A program made the translations under genes and the position numbers. Below, piece by piece: positions 33,699 through 46,780 of a stretch of DNA of 64,000 nt. The notes beneath the pieces were generated by a model. That model saw nothing but the letters and a program-made list of their open reading frames with translations. It did no database searches and was not told the DNA's origin. The stretch comes from Paraphysomonas bandaiensis (Eukaryota > Protista > Chrysophyceae), in contig CBFFRP010000416.1 in the NCBI GenBank assembly GCA_965644295.1, forward strand, positions 30,060-94,059, in the 5' to 3' direction. The first letter of the stretch is position 1, and each line of letters begins with the position of its first letter.

Positions 33699-35630
33699 AT
33701 GAGTATCTTTGTAGTAGACTCAAGGAATCCACCCCTATCAACCTTTCATATTGAAACATGTGTAGCTGCTTTTAACGAATATGTATCAGAGTCGATCTCT
33801 AGATATCTGAGAATACTAGAGGAGCACCAGTATATCCCCCGAGTACACGGCATAGTGATTCCTTCTTCACCAGATAAGGTGAAGATAGCGAATGGGCCTG
33901 CTATCAGATCGTCTTGTATTGCAGAGGTGTTAAGGCCAAGACATACGTGTGTTGGAAGCATGAATATGGTTAGAATAGGATCATGGGCGAACATTCTTTG
34001 CGATGCATTGCTTAAAATCGATACTTACTTAACTTCAGTGCCTAAATCATTAGGCCAGATAGAGATACTAATATTCACGCATGATGTGTTTCTATTCGGT
34101 GCCAACGACATTTACGACAACAGTGACAGCAGTGCCCTGCACAATGCTGTGATGAAATTTGCCCAGCGTGCTCAGCAGATTCTTTCCAGGAGGAACATTG
34201 TGATTAAGATTTTGTGCGCCCGTACGTCTGCTTCTTCCAATGACCACAAGGACGGAGGACATGCTTTACACTCGCTGATGTTGAGAGACATCATGATGAT
34301 TCTTACCTCTCAAGCACAGGGAGGAACTGGAGTGAAAATTGAGTGTTTTGAGAACAGCAGACTGCACTTAGACTTCGAGTTGAAGCACCTTCTGCGGCGT
34401 GTTATGCAGCCAGTGAAGGTTACTTTGGATCTTCCGGCGGTCGGTGACATGCGAGCGTCACTGACTCTCTCTCTTCAGGGAGCCACTCTGGAGGCATGCT
34501 CTATCATGGGATCTGTGGGAGTTTTGAGCGCAGTGTGTCGTCTTGCAAGAACAGGGTTAGATCCTAGTGTGTTACTGGGCAGAAGTATTTTAGTAAGACC
34601 AGCTGCAGGAAGGTTAGGAATCACGTAGTGTAGTGGTGTGTCGATGGTGCATCGTTGTAGTATTAAACCATTTCAAGTAGGGCTGAAGAGGATCATGTTC
34701 TTTTCTCCGCTCTTTCCCAGAGTCTTGCTAACTCAGACACACTTCTCCTTTTACAGGTAAGCTAAAATCAGTGTTATTTGCACACATTCTGTTTGTGATA
34801 GTCTAGTCTCTATAGTCGTTTCCGTCCATACTACACACCTCTCCGTGCCGTTACTGGGCACTTGTTCCTCCAGCCTCAAATCAAACTAGTTCTGTTTTGG
34901 AGTCTATTCATATGGTCATGGTTGAATTGTGCGATCAAGAAACTTTTCTCTGCGAATGCTCTAATGTACATGAACCTATGGGTTGTAATATGATTGAATC
35001 TGAAGATTTATCTGAGGCAAGGGCGTATACGGACACATGTATTCTACAAATATGTGAGGCCGCATCTGGGGCCTATAATCCTCTTGCTTTTCCAAGTGGA
35101 AGATATAGTACGAGCAACACAATTGACAGGGCGGGATCACCACAGCAGGTACGGCTTGTAATCACACACTGCTATACAGCAGCCGTCCACTTATTTTCGT
35201 AACTGTAGTAAACGCATTTGTATTCCCTGTTTAGGAAAGCTCTTCTACTATCGCAAGAAGACAGACGGTCACACACCATCAGCAGCCTTCGAAAGTTCAG
35301 GCTGCTGGAACCTCTTCTCTCAATAATAGACGCCCTCCCGTGCGGACAAGAGGTGAGCCGCTCCAGTTTTCTTCCGGAGGGATATCCGCACCAATAAGTA
35401 ATTCAGGGTACAAGAGACCACCAGTTAGTAGCCTTCCGGGTACTTTTGCCAAGAAACATACCTCAGTAAGTCATACGCAGATATCTAATGTGATCTGTAG
35501 CCTTAGATTATATACACACATTTTGAGAGCACAATTCTTACATCTAAGGCAGGACGTGATTGAAGTTACTTCTTCTACTACTACTCTTGATGAGTTTTTA
35601 TACAACCCCAAGAAAACAACGAAATCGTGA
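33699..35630 (+). CDS. Multi-exon protein resembling meiosis 1 arrest protein (M1AP)
   Basis: Five exons join in frame by GT-AG. GLDPSVLLGRSILVRP, FSALSQSL..LLLL, YWALVP and YNPL recall the M1AP C-terminal region. Confidence 0.55.
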
Positions 35631-35849
35631 TCATGATTGTAGTATAACATGAGGTGATATGTATTTGATATTTTGTTGACGTCATTAGTAATTTTTACGA
35701 GTTTTGTTGTAACTGTTGATGTAATTTTAGATGCAGACCTAGTTTCAGAACATTACGGCAACCATTGCTGAACAGGTTTTATAAATAATGTTTATTGTAT
35801 TCAAGGTCGAAACCAGTAAAACCTGTGACGTTAGCACGAACACCTTGTG

Positions 35850-36165
35850 TTAGAATTGGACATTTCACTGAAGTTAACTTTGCTCAACACGTAAACCTTA
35901 ATCTTGCTTTGTTCAAGTAAGAAATTATAATTTTTAATATTAAACACTTCACTACATATTCATGTAACATCTAGTGAGAATCTGTTCACAGCAACATCTG
36001 TTTATCATATTTTCAACAGTCCCTCCTATATCTTATATATAGTAGCTGAAACCATAATCACCCGTTACACCTATGAGTTGACTTTATCTATTGCATACTA
36101 TTTACTCACTTTAATTGCACGATATATAGCGCATTATACTGCAGAACTCAGCACACTGTGTTTAT
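35850..36165 (+). repeat. Diverged paralog of 51790-51945 joined to 53760-53985 (empty-site copy)
   Basis: acacgtaaaccttaatcttg...cacttcactacatattcatgtaaca matches the left flank; tctattgcatactatttactcact...atactgcagaactca matches the right flank. Confidence 0.75.
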
Positions 36166-37809
36166 TTGCTTCCACCACTTTATCGAATTTTGGCTTATTC
36201 CCCTGAAGCTTATTTTTTAACTAATAACTGTTTATATTTTCAATAATCTAACAAATATGCTCTCAAATCGGCAAGTACTGAGTGAGGTTTATATTACGAA
36301 GAAGTAAAAATCAAACACATTTACTTATTTCAGAGTAACGACAAAGGAAGTAAAAAATATCGAGCGAGACATCTCGAATATTAGCTACACTTTAGGGTTT
36401 GCAGTTGAGCAGTGCGCATGCATGATTAGAGAGCTGTTTGTAGCTCTACAGTCATAAAAAAGAACTAGCTGCTATTTCATGGGCGCAAGACAGCATACAC
36501 TAGACTACTATACAATTTATGAATGAGTGCGATGCGAATTGCAAGACAGCAAATTTTTTGAAGTTATCACAAATATACTGTACCCTTGCTGTCAAACCTA
36601 AGTGAGTAATCTTAGAAAGGAAATTATACAATTCTTATTGAAACTATACCTGGAAGAGTATGTAATTGTAGTGGCACAAAAGAACACTTATAAGGTTCCT
36701 AAAAAGCGGATTTCTTGATTTGGATGTGTACCATTTGACAAGAAGAACTCTCCCTCGAGTGTTGTTTCTGTTAATGATTCACAAGTATACAGGGTTGCGA
36801 TGCTAAGCCTATCACTTCCTAAACCTCCACAATGGTTAGGATTAATACAGACTATACAGACTATTCCGAGGAACAGAGCATAGGTAGAATAGAATCTGCG
36901 TAAACCTTGGCCTGTATTACAGAGAAATGGTACTTCAAATGTTACTTCGAAGAGCGCTGTATACAAAATATATTAGTTCTTTTTTTTCCACCTGAATAAT
37001 CAATCCGGTGACGTAAGATCACTCGCTGTGGGTGATGATAATAGAAGCGCAATTTCGTCACACTGTTCTGGTGCCAGTCTTAACAGATACCAAGCAGCTA
37101 CAACTGCACCACTTTTAAGGGTATTGTACGCTTACATTCTCTCCACTGCAATAGTCAGACGAGATAAGCTTCGTACTGGTGTAGGTGCTGCTTCTCACAG
37201 TGTACAGTATTTACTACTCATCTATACACGATACTCTTTGATGTGATTCAATTCCTCTTGCAACCTTCACATGCAATACTTTCATTGGATGCATATGCTG
37301 ATTTCTGGTCGATGACAGACAACAAGCTCATGTAAATATAGTATCGTGTATCTTGAGATTATGGGAATCTAGATATGCTCACAGGACGCTCTGTTCATAT
37401 ATACCAGTACAATATATATATGTACATATGTATACGATCCATGTGTACAGCGGTGGACGAAATTATACACTCTTCGAGAGTTGCTTTGTATGTACAGCAG
37501 TACGTTGACCAGTAATTCCTCTACGTAGAGCTATGTGTACAGCAGTACTGGAGTACGTGTACCAGTATACCTGTACCCTGTGCCATATTTTTGATGGGTA
37601 CAGCAGTACTGGAGTACGTGTATACCTCTCCATATTTTTGATGGGTTGATATTTTCGTGGTATTGTGGGGCGGCTGTTGATTGGGTTGATGCTCATATTC
37701 TCCTGCATACAAACATGTCAGTCATGTCAATTATAGCACTCTATTCATAAGCAACTATATTAACATTTCATAAATATATAATACCTTTGATTGTTCAGTA
37801 AAGTTAATC

Positions 37810-39526
37810 ATGAGTGAGGTATCTACATGGAATCAACTGGAAGGAATAGAAATGAATGAGGATCGTTTCCTTACATTATTAGCTAAGCTCATTGGAGAGA
37901 CAGAGAAGCTACAAAACAATCCTGCTCAAGGTAACCACCCTGTTCCCCACTCACATACATGCATATTAAATATAATTTATTTATTCAATAGGATTGATTC
38001 CTCAGGAAGATTTGGCATCCAACCACGTGCTTGCTGTGCTTGAACCTTTCTCTAAGGAGAATGGTGGCCCTCTCGAGATTGAAGTATGTGCAATCAGTTA
38101 ACGATTATTAGCACTTATATTATATTGTAGCGAGTCACTTTTGTAGAAGGCCGTGGCAACGTTATTATTAAATATCCTGGCACTACAGATCGTATTCTGT
38201 CTTTCGTGGGAAGTCACCTTGATGTTGTCCCTGCTTCACCAGATCAGTGGGAGAGGTACAATAGTAACATACTGTATCATAATTTATAACACGCCATATA
38301 TAGAGATCCTTTTACCTTTTCGAAGGAAGGTGACCTTTTGTACGGACGCGGTACCACCGATTGTCTTGGACATGTTGCATTGAGTGAGTACCGTCGTGCT
38401 TCAGTTTTTCCCTGTATTAACCATGCCAACTATCAGTAACTGACTTCTTTGCCACTCTGGCTGAGATGAAGTAAGTTTACCTGCTCTGTGTGCTACTTGT
38501 TTTTATGCTTTCTCTGTTTTCAGACCTACTCTGAAAACATCTATCGTTGCGGTGTTCATTGCCAATGAGGAAAACGGGTCGTTCCGTGGGGTCGGTGTTG
38601 ACCAACTCTCAAGGGAGGGCTACCTTGACGGTCTCAAGCATGGGCCAGTTTATTGGATCGATGCTGCGGATTCCCATCCCTGCCAAGGTACTTCCGGAGT
38701 CATTCCATGGAAAATGGAGGTCCATGGAAGACTCTTCCATTCCGGTCTGCCCCATAAAGCCATCAACTCAATCGAGATGGCTATGGACGCACTAAACTAT
38801 ATGCAGCGCAAATTTTATGCTGATTTCCCCAGAGATCCTCGCGAAGACCAGTACAGCTTCACCACCTGCTCAACCATGAAGCCTACTCAGGTTAGCTGCA
38901 CCGAGGGGTCACTCAACCAGGTGCCTCCAGTGTGCACCATCCAGGGAGATATCCGCCTCTGCCCTTTTTACGATGTGAAGGATGCCTGCGATGCCCTCAG
39001 ACGATATGCGGCGGAGATAAATGCAGATCCATGTGCAACTCTCCAGGGAGATGGCACGGGACCCCATGGCCCACACTCCAAGTACGAGCTTCCTGAAGAG
39101 GAAGCGAAGGGGCGCATTGAGTTAACTATATTCGATAACGAGAATGGCATTGCGGTTAACAGGCAATCTGAGGGGTTTTCTGCCCTCGTGTCTGCTACAG
39201 AGCATGTGCTTACTCAAGTCAAGCCCTATGCAATTGGCGGATCTCTTCCTCTAGTCAGAGATATGCAGAATGAGGGCTTCGACATACAAATTGTTGGTAC
39301 GTGTTTAGAAATTATTGGGGTTCCTGGTGATAATAAGGTGTTCGTAATTCAGGTTACGGCTTGTCTGCAAAGTACCATGCGAACAATGAATGTGCCTCTT
39401 TGACTGACTTGAAGAAGGCGACCAAAGTTTTGGCCAAGGTAATTAGATAATGGCGTCTATACCCTGTTAACCATTTTCGGATGACAGATAAGCTCACTCA
39501 TTGAGGAGAAGGCTGCCAAGAACTAG
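37810..39526 (+). CDS. M20 family acetylornithine deacetylase (plant/protist NAOD type), multi-exon
   Basis: GSHLDVVP, LYGRGTTDCLGH, FIANEEN, LFHSGLPHKAIN, GGSLPLVR and GYGLSAKYHANNE motifs. Confidence 0.92.
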
Positions 39527-40167
39527 AATGACCCGCAATAGCTATGTACTATGCGTCATGAACCCCGATTTCCAATCCTATGCTTTTCATCCTTTCATGT
39601 GTATGCTTTGAGATAGCGACTTTCAAAGAGGGTGTTAATAATTATGATTGCTTTTAAAATATGTCCCGTAATTTTGTGGCACTGAACTGTTTCGTCACCC
39701 CATTTGATCGGGTAGGATAAGCTACCCAATGAAACGCTACTTCATAACATAACACTTGACAGAGTCTAGTTGAAGGAACTTAATATATATAGTAAAGTAT
39801 ATAGGGTAGGGTGTAGTCCTATGTCGTAACTGTGGATTTGTGATAGAAGATAGAAGTAATGCTGGATCTGACTAAAGTAGGTTCAGTGTGGACCGTAATT
39901 TCACTACTTAGCGCGAATATGAATCATCCGCATGCACATTCATGCTGAAACTCTATCATGACTGAAGTAAAATAAGCATTAGTTTAAATGATACCTATTG
40001 GCTTCTAATCGAAAGTTATTATATTTTACATTTCATGTATAACTCATATAAAATCGTTGGTAGCAGCTGTCAACATTACACGTTCACAGCGTGTTTACAA
40101 CCGATTGGAAGTCCTCCTGCGCGTTACACAGAGAACACAAAGTAGTCACATATGTAAGGCATTTCCC

Positions 40168-41223
40168 TTATTTTCGTAAAAGCACGAATGCATTACTATC
40201 TCCAGTTTTGCTTCCATGAAATTTGGGTTGGCATTCCATTCCTAAGCTCTCCGCAAGGTCCCGGGCCTTTCGAAGATAGTGTACCTCTTCTTCATCGGGA
40301 ATGCAGGTGTCCGAATAAGATACCTTTATGATTACCATACACCCATTCAAGCGAGGTTCTGCAAAAAACAACCATTCAATAATTTTTTCAACAGCAAATT
40401 TCATAACACCCTTGAGCGCATTCTCATCCTCCGGTGTCGGCACACTCTTGATGTATCCCAGACATGCCAGATTACTCGTCTCCACTGGGCCACTCTCTAC
40501 TGCCCCAAAAGATGCAGGCACTCCATGAGCATCCAGTGAGTTAATGCCAAAGCACGGAACATACCCCACAATCCGTTCATCAATTGACACAGAAAAGCTA
40601 GTGCCTTTCTTAGCAACCGCTTTCCAATAGTCTCGTGAAGTCATCTTCTGGTAGCTGATGCCGAAGCTCCTACATGATATTACATCAAGTTTGGAAGACG
40701 CCCAGGCAATCATTGCATCGACATCGTCTTCGGATATCACCGCTATATTAGGGTCTCTTTCAAAGGCAATGTCATTAACCAGCTGTTGAAATTTGGAGCA
40801 GCGTAGAGGGCCAGCGTTAATTAGACTTACTCTCAAATCTTCCAGAAGAATTCTTTGAGAGCCTTCTATAGATGAAAGTGATGATGTTCTCTGTCGTTTA
40901 TTAGGTCCCCCATCTGTATCACACTCATCAACTGAACATGAATCAGAGTTAACACTTTCAATCAGTTGTAAAGAAGCATCCACAAATGGTTTCACTTCTT
41001 CTTCAACTGTTTTAAAAGGAAATTCAACAGATGAATTATCTAATACCTCTGATATGAATCGAATATCAAGTACACTCTCTGGATCAGCTTGTTCTAATGA
41101 GGTTATGACAAACTCTTTCCTTTTATTACGTTGTTCTGTATTGTATCTTGAGATTGTCTCTGCTATCTCTACAAGAGAACAATGAAGTTGACTTTTAGCT
41201 AAACTAAGATCGTCTTCTTCCAT
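40168..41223 (-). CDS. 351-aa protein with a C-terminal divergent RimJ/RimL-like GNAT domain and NLS-like PNKRQRT
   Basis: ISEDDVDAMIAW, FSVSIDERIVGYV, ACLGYI, KGVMKFAVEKIIEWLF and ARDLAESLGM follow the Acetyltransf_3 pattern. ORF is solid, domain call tentative. Confidence 0.6.
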   Translation of the reverse strand: MEEDDLSLAKSQLHCSLVEIAETISRYNTEQRNKRKEFVITSLEQADPESVLDIRFISEVLDNSSVEFPFKTVEEEVKPFVDASLQLIESVNSDSCSVDECDTDGGPNKRQRTSSLSSIEGSQRILLEDLRVSLINAGPLRCSKFQQLVNDIAFERDPNIAVISEDDVDAMIAWASSKLDVISCRSFGISYQKMTSRDYWKAVAKKGTSFSVSIDERIVGYVPCFGINSLDAHGVPASFGAVESGPVETSNLACLGYIKSVPTPEDENALKGVMKFAVEKIIEWLFFAEPRLNGCMVIIKVSYSDTCIPDEEEVHYLRKARDLAESLGMECQPKFHGSKTGDSNAFVLLRK

Positions 41224-42296
41224 AAATAAGCTTCAATTACAAGAATATCACTTCGTATAGTTTAATGAGAGCTATATAGACACATGTGCTGCTGTATATC
41301 TCCATATCCAGATATGGATCTCAATCCATACATACATACACACATACATACACACATACACACATATATGAATATCTTCTTCAACAGAAACAGCAATAGA
41401 ATCCACTTTTTTTTTTCTTTTTTGTGTCGAAAATTTTTTTGGGTAAAAATTAGCAAACATGTTTTAGCAAGAAAAATGCGAAAGGAAAGATAGGTAATTT
41501 CGTTTTTTACCTTTTTTACCCAAAATTTTTTACACACACCTGAAATGCATCAGGAGACTATTTTGTATTGAAGAAACAGACAGCAAAGAGCGATAATTAA
41601 GATGCATAACATTGATTCCATATATGCAAATAGGTAACGGTGGCAATCAATCACAGAAGGCCAATGGTCTGTCCCACTTCCATGACTTCACGTGATAAAC
41701 GAAGCCCGTAGTAAGAAGGGGAGAAACAAAGGAGACTTTCTCTTGGATCTGCAAAACAGTGTTTCTCGGACGCGTACACTTTACTGCAGAAACGATTTCC
41801 TAATCATCGAGTGCTTCACGTATCGGACCAGAAATGGATAACTGATATTAGGGAAGCATTGGTAAAGTTGATCACATGGAGATGTAGTTCCAGTCGCAAA
41901 AAAAGTGTGTGGTATTGGTCGTGAGGCTGTGATGGGCGTAATTTTGTCGTTCAGGTTTGTAGTTGATATGAGTGAAGTATTTATTGAACGACAACTTCAA
42001 CAGGTCAACCTAAGGGCATTTTGACATCATATAACGCTGACATATGCTGCACAAAGTCGGGCTAGTGAAGCTTGTTTTAGCAGCTTCAGATACTATGGGT
42101 GGAACTTCGAAGAAGGATGCCTCCGAAGTTTGTATATCGAGTTGAATAAAGTCTACAAAAGAAATTTCTTTGTGGACTACAGTGACCCAGAGATTTGCGT
42201 CTCCTTCACGTTGGGGTCTTACTGTGCTACATCGTTGGATGGGCATATTTCTAATGCTGAGACCGAATTCTAAATATTTCCAGAGCTTGCCCTCCA

Positions 42297-42772
42297 TGCA
42301 ACAAGCATAGACAGCTCTTTGACTAAGACTATGCTCCGATTTGTTTAACAGTGCCTGGGTTATATTCCGATATGACTGTTAAGTCATAAGGAGTGGGCAG
42401 TACGAATGAAGTAGCCAAGAATCCACGATCTATCGCAGGATATAGTCCTGCCAATGGATTCTTTGCTACTTCGTTTGTACTACCCACTCTTAATAATTTC
42501 AGTACAGCCCTGCTAATGGATTCTTTGCTACTTCGTTTGCACTACCCACTCTTAATAATTTCAGTACAGCCCTGCTAGTGGATTCTTTGCTACTTCGTTT
42601 GTACTACCCACTCTTAATAATTCCAGTACAGTCCTGCTAATGGATTCTTTGCTACTTCATTTGTACTACCCACACTTAATGATTTCAATGTCACATCAGA
42701 ATATAACCCAGGTACTGTTCCAACAAATTGGCGCATAGTCCTAGTAAAGGAGCCGCCTATGCTTTTTGCCAT
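42297..42772. mobile_element. Foldback/MITE-like element with ~130-bp diverged inverted arms
   Basis: rc of 42298-42426 aligns with 42640-42770 (…gaatataacccagg(c/t)actgtt…gcatagtc…ctatgctt…). Confidence 0.7.
42444..42690 (+). repeat. 62-bp tandem minisatellite, ~4 copies
   Basis: tggattctttgctacttc begins at 42455, 42517, 42579 and 42641. Confidence 0.95.
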
Positions 42773-43749
42773 TCTACGAATGTTTGAACGAAACGAAAAC
42801 TTATTTTACTTCCTGTTGTATGGAATGCTGTCATACACATACATAAGTGTATAGGATTACTGGGTCTTAAAAGTTGAAAGAAGTCGTAGTTATATGTAGC
42901 AATTAATAATTATTAATGAATCACCAATAAATGTCATGCATGCGTGGTGTTGTGCAATAGACTCAGCCGCCCGACTGTTCAATAACAAGTATCTTGATGA
43001 CTATTATTATTGGCTTATTGGCTATACGGCTATACTAGTACTTGCTTCTGAAACTGAATACCCATGTTTAATGTTTAATATATATACCAATTAAGAATTT
43101 TTTGGTATGTAGAAGGTGTTGTATATTATATTACATTGTATTGTAATGTCGTGTAAGCTAGTTGTTCTAGTAGTTGACCAATCAGTATTATAATAATACA
43201 ATATATTGTTCCTTATCCCTGCTCTTAACTCCTAACAACAGCCCCTGTTCTATCTTCTTGCCCTTTATTACATCTAACTGGCCATGGTTTGTTGATATAT
43301 CACACAGAGCAGTCTTATCACTGAACCTTGAGTTATCGACTATCAACACTACAAGACTGATCATGATAAGGCGTGCACGTGACCGCGCCGTCGCAGACAT
43401 GATAACTGCGATTCATATAAATTTAGTAGTACAAATTAAAACTAGGACTATATTGGGATTCATAACTTAATTTTTCCTCTCATAATTGAAATCTCATGTC
43501 AAATAAAAAAGCCCTCCTCACTCAATAATCAATAAATCAAGTGTCACAATAATCTTGTACACCAACTCCAGCATACTTGGTACTAAAATTGATATTAATA
43601 AAATATTTTATAATAGTGCCAATCCAAAACCACAAAATGCATTACTTACTAATGTTCGACCATATCGACAGTGCTCTAAGACATATGGCTCTAAAGGATA
43701 TGGTTCGGGCTCTGACTTACGATATTCTAAAAAAAAACGACAATTCTGA

Positions 43750-44808
43750 CTACGAACAACCTTGTTTATCGCAGACCATCGAAATAATCTTTGGGTTGAT
43801 AGTTACACTCACATTAAAGCCACCAGAAATTTTTTTGAAGCGAATATCATCAGGCGAAACACTACCCGGAAATCTACGAACTTCATTGCCTCTGTCGAAT
43901 AAAATCGTGTGAACTGCTGGGCTACCTTCCTTCACCAGTGTCTCCAATCCAAACTGACGAGGCCAATGGAATTTACGTTTACTTACAAAAGGGAACCTTT
44001 TATGTAAGCGAGAACATGGAACCAAATTTCTATTTCGACTATTTCGCATTGTGGATTTCATATGATCGTAGGCTCCGTACGAACACATTTTCATGTAGTG
44101 CTGCTTATAACATCGTTCCAAAATAGAATCTCCGCGACGTGGAGAGTTAACAGTTAAGTGAGCGAATGGCCGACGAACTAATGGATATATATCATTCATT
44201 GTAAAGTTGATATAGTAATACCGAGGGTGACTATCACTCTTTACGCAACGGAATTTTATTGTGCCATTCAATACTTCAGTGCGAAATACATCTACATTCA
44301 AGAGAGGCTTATTATCTAACCGCAATTTGTAAGGTATTCCTCCCTCATCTTTAGGTGCTCGTATCACTTTCCACTCCACAATGGTCAAATTTGGATCAAT
44401 TCGTTGGATAGCTGTGCTCACCCGCTCCATAACATTGGGTGCATCCACCAGAACAAGATCAGCATCATCGTCCCAGGGAATATATGAGTGATGACGAAAT
44501 GAACCAATAAGAGACCCATAAAACATGAAATACGAAAACTCTAGTCCAGGAAGTCGACTCGCTTGGTCGAATTTATCTATAAGAGTTAAGAGCTCAAGCA
44601 TCCTCTTATCATGCGTTACAAACTTAGATATAGAGGTAATGGACCCCATAGAGAGAAGAAGAAATGCAAGTACTGCTACCTTCATCATATGGACTAGCAA
44701 CAGACACACTATAGCATTCGTTATAAGTTCTTTTAAAGTATATGTGGATGAATGATTCACTGCATACGGAGCGGTTGAGCGTATCTCCATATTTCGTACA
44801 TACTGCAA
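43750..44808 (-). CDS. LicD/fukutin-family phosphotransferase, intronless (start may be the ATG at 44688)
   Basis: YGSLIGSFRHHSYIPWDDDADL, NVDVF, DIYPLVRRPF; hydrophobic N-terminal signal/anchor. Confidence 0.9.
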   Translation of the reverse strand: MQYVRNMEIRSTAPYAVNHSSTYTLKELITNAIVCLLLVHMMKVAVLAFLLLSMGSITSISKFVTHDKRMLELLTLIDKFDQASRLPGLEFSYFMFYGSLIGSFRHHSYIPWDDDADLVLVDAPNVMERVSTAIQRIDPNLTIVEWKVIRAPKDEGGIPYKLRLDNKPLLNVDVFRTEVLNGTIKFRCVKSDSHPRYYYINFTMNDIYPLVRRPFAHLTVNSPRRGDSILERCYKQHYMKMCSYGAYDHMKSTMRNSRNRNLVPCSRLHKRFPFVSKRKFHWPRQFGLETLVKEGSPAVHTILFDRGNEVRRFPGSVSPDDIRFKKISGGFNVSVTINPKIISMVCDKQGCS

Positions 44809-45189
44809 CTGTTTACAGCACTGTTTTCCATAGAATGGTATACAATTGTACTTTCATGGTATACCGCTCGACCTTATATACAGTAATGCTGTACTGTTGT
44901 ACATCAACAGACTATATATACACTGCATTAGTACTTCTGGATATATCCCAAAGTACGAACTCATAATTACGCTGTCTACTGAATGTATAGGTACAGCAGT
45001 ACGAAGTACGTACAGTAGTATATATCTAGATATACAGCAGTACACACAGGTATATAAGTCCTTACACTGCAGCAGTACAACAGTACAGCAGTACAGTATA
45101 CATTGAGAACTGCTATATCTAACAATCAGTTCCACTTAAACACCACTCTGCCTCATAATATCATACCGAATTAATTAAATAACTCAAAG

Positions 45190-46495
45190 ATGTTATTTTT
45201 TGTAATAATATTTTCATTTCTTAGTAAGATATGTGAAAGTCGAGTTATGGTATGGATGTGTTTGGAATTTTGTGGTGATGAGAGTTCGGATGTACGACAC
45301 TGTTGCTGTTAACACTGTATATAGTTAATTACATGTATCTCAGGCATCCATGCAACTCGATCAGATATCTCATCATACAAATGTTGTTTCTGCTGTTAGC
45401 TTTGAGAAGTATACTCTTGGACCGAATGTAACTCTAGTGGACAACAATCTAACCATGGTACATGATCGCATACATATTGCTGTACTCTTCTTCGTCTAAA
45501 GGGCAGATTTTCACATAGGTATCTGATGAAATTATTGCAATGGGTCTCGAAGCATGGCCGCTGTTGAGTTCGTATCCCCATCCTCCTGAGTTTATGGACT
45601 GGATGCGGGAGGCGTTTGCTAACCCGGAACCATTTATAGACCAGGTAAGGTGTAAACTTAGCGTAAAAATTAGAGTGATTTCTTGTTGAATAGTGTGTAA
45701 GTGAGGCAGAAAAGTATGGATATACAGGTTACAATTTAGACTGGGAGCCGACTGATGGTACACGGAAAGTATAATATTAGTGTACATGGATAATGTTTTT
45801 GGTGTTAGATGTAACGGAAGAGGATGGAACGGCATATGCCCAATTCATCGAGGTGAGGTGTTGCAAGCGTGTAGCTATTACATTAGTTAAGTTTTTATTA
45901 ATTTGGTGCGGTATCTTACAGGATCTTGCTGAAGGGCTTCATAAACACAACTTGAAGCTCACTGTTGACATCGCAACTTGGTCTCCGATATGGAACTACG
46001 ATGCAATGGCGACTACCACTGCTGATACGTTCATCAGCATGGTGTGTAGGTTTACATTATAGTAGCAGTCTGTTCTATGCACACTCTATGCATGAAAGTA
46101 TATTGAGGACATGAGAGAGTGTACATGTACGCGCCGTAATGTTCTTGCGTAGGGTACATATACGTCCACGGATTCATCTTTCACAACCCAGCTGGATCTT
46201 CTGGTAGATGCATTTGGACCCACTCGATCTGGGGTGAGTCTGTCTGATATTCTCTTTTTCAGTCCCTAATCTAAATGGTATTAATAGGTGGGATTAGAGA
46301 CTGTCAATGCCAGCACTGGAGAACGGATCCCACTGAACGAGGTTCAATGGCGCTTCAAGTCGATAAAAGAGAGCGGTGTATCTGAGGTTAGGATAGTGTT
46401 ATACCTATATTTTTCTTACGTATACATAGGTGGATTTATGGAGGGCACCTGTCCCCCCGCTTTGGTGGCCCATTATAGAGGAGTATTTGCTATGA
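45190..46495 (+). CDS. Secreted GH18 (chitinase/chitobiase-like) glycoside hydrolase, many short exons
   Basis: Signal peptide MLFFVIIFSFLSKICES; exon with GYNLDWEP (DxE) at ~45725-45755; AYAQFI..L...LH..NLKLTVDIA; SMGTY; C-terminal VDLW. Confidence 0.75.
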
Positions 46496-46780
46496 ACCAC
46501 TCCGAAATATGTATACTGCATCCCTCATTATTTATTGCATCCACGCGTATTTTGAGGTAGTACGCATTATATTTTCTTGTAATACCGCTGTTCAAGTATT
46601 GTCCAATTCCAATAAGTATGATAAATCAACTAAACTGTAATTTCTAAGAACTTTGCATTGGAACAAAATTGAGTTTGGACATGTTTTTAAGTTCGCTATG
46701 CAACTGTCGAACCAGGCAATATTTCGGGGTGTTCTGGGTGATATTTCTGTGGGAAACTAACGTAAGGGGATATATTATTC

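Noticed and set aside
42444-42690. CRISPR array
   Set aside because: Units are near-identical over all 62 bp, with no unique spacers and no cas genes; eukaryotic context
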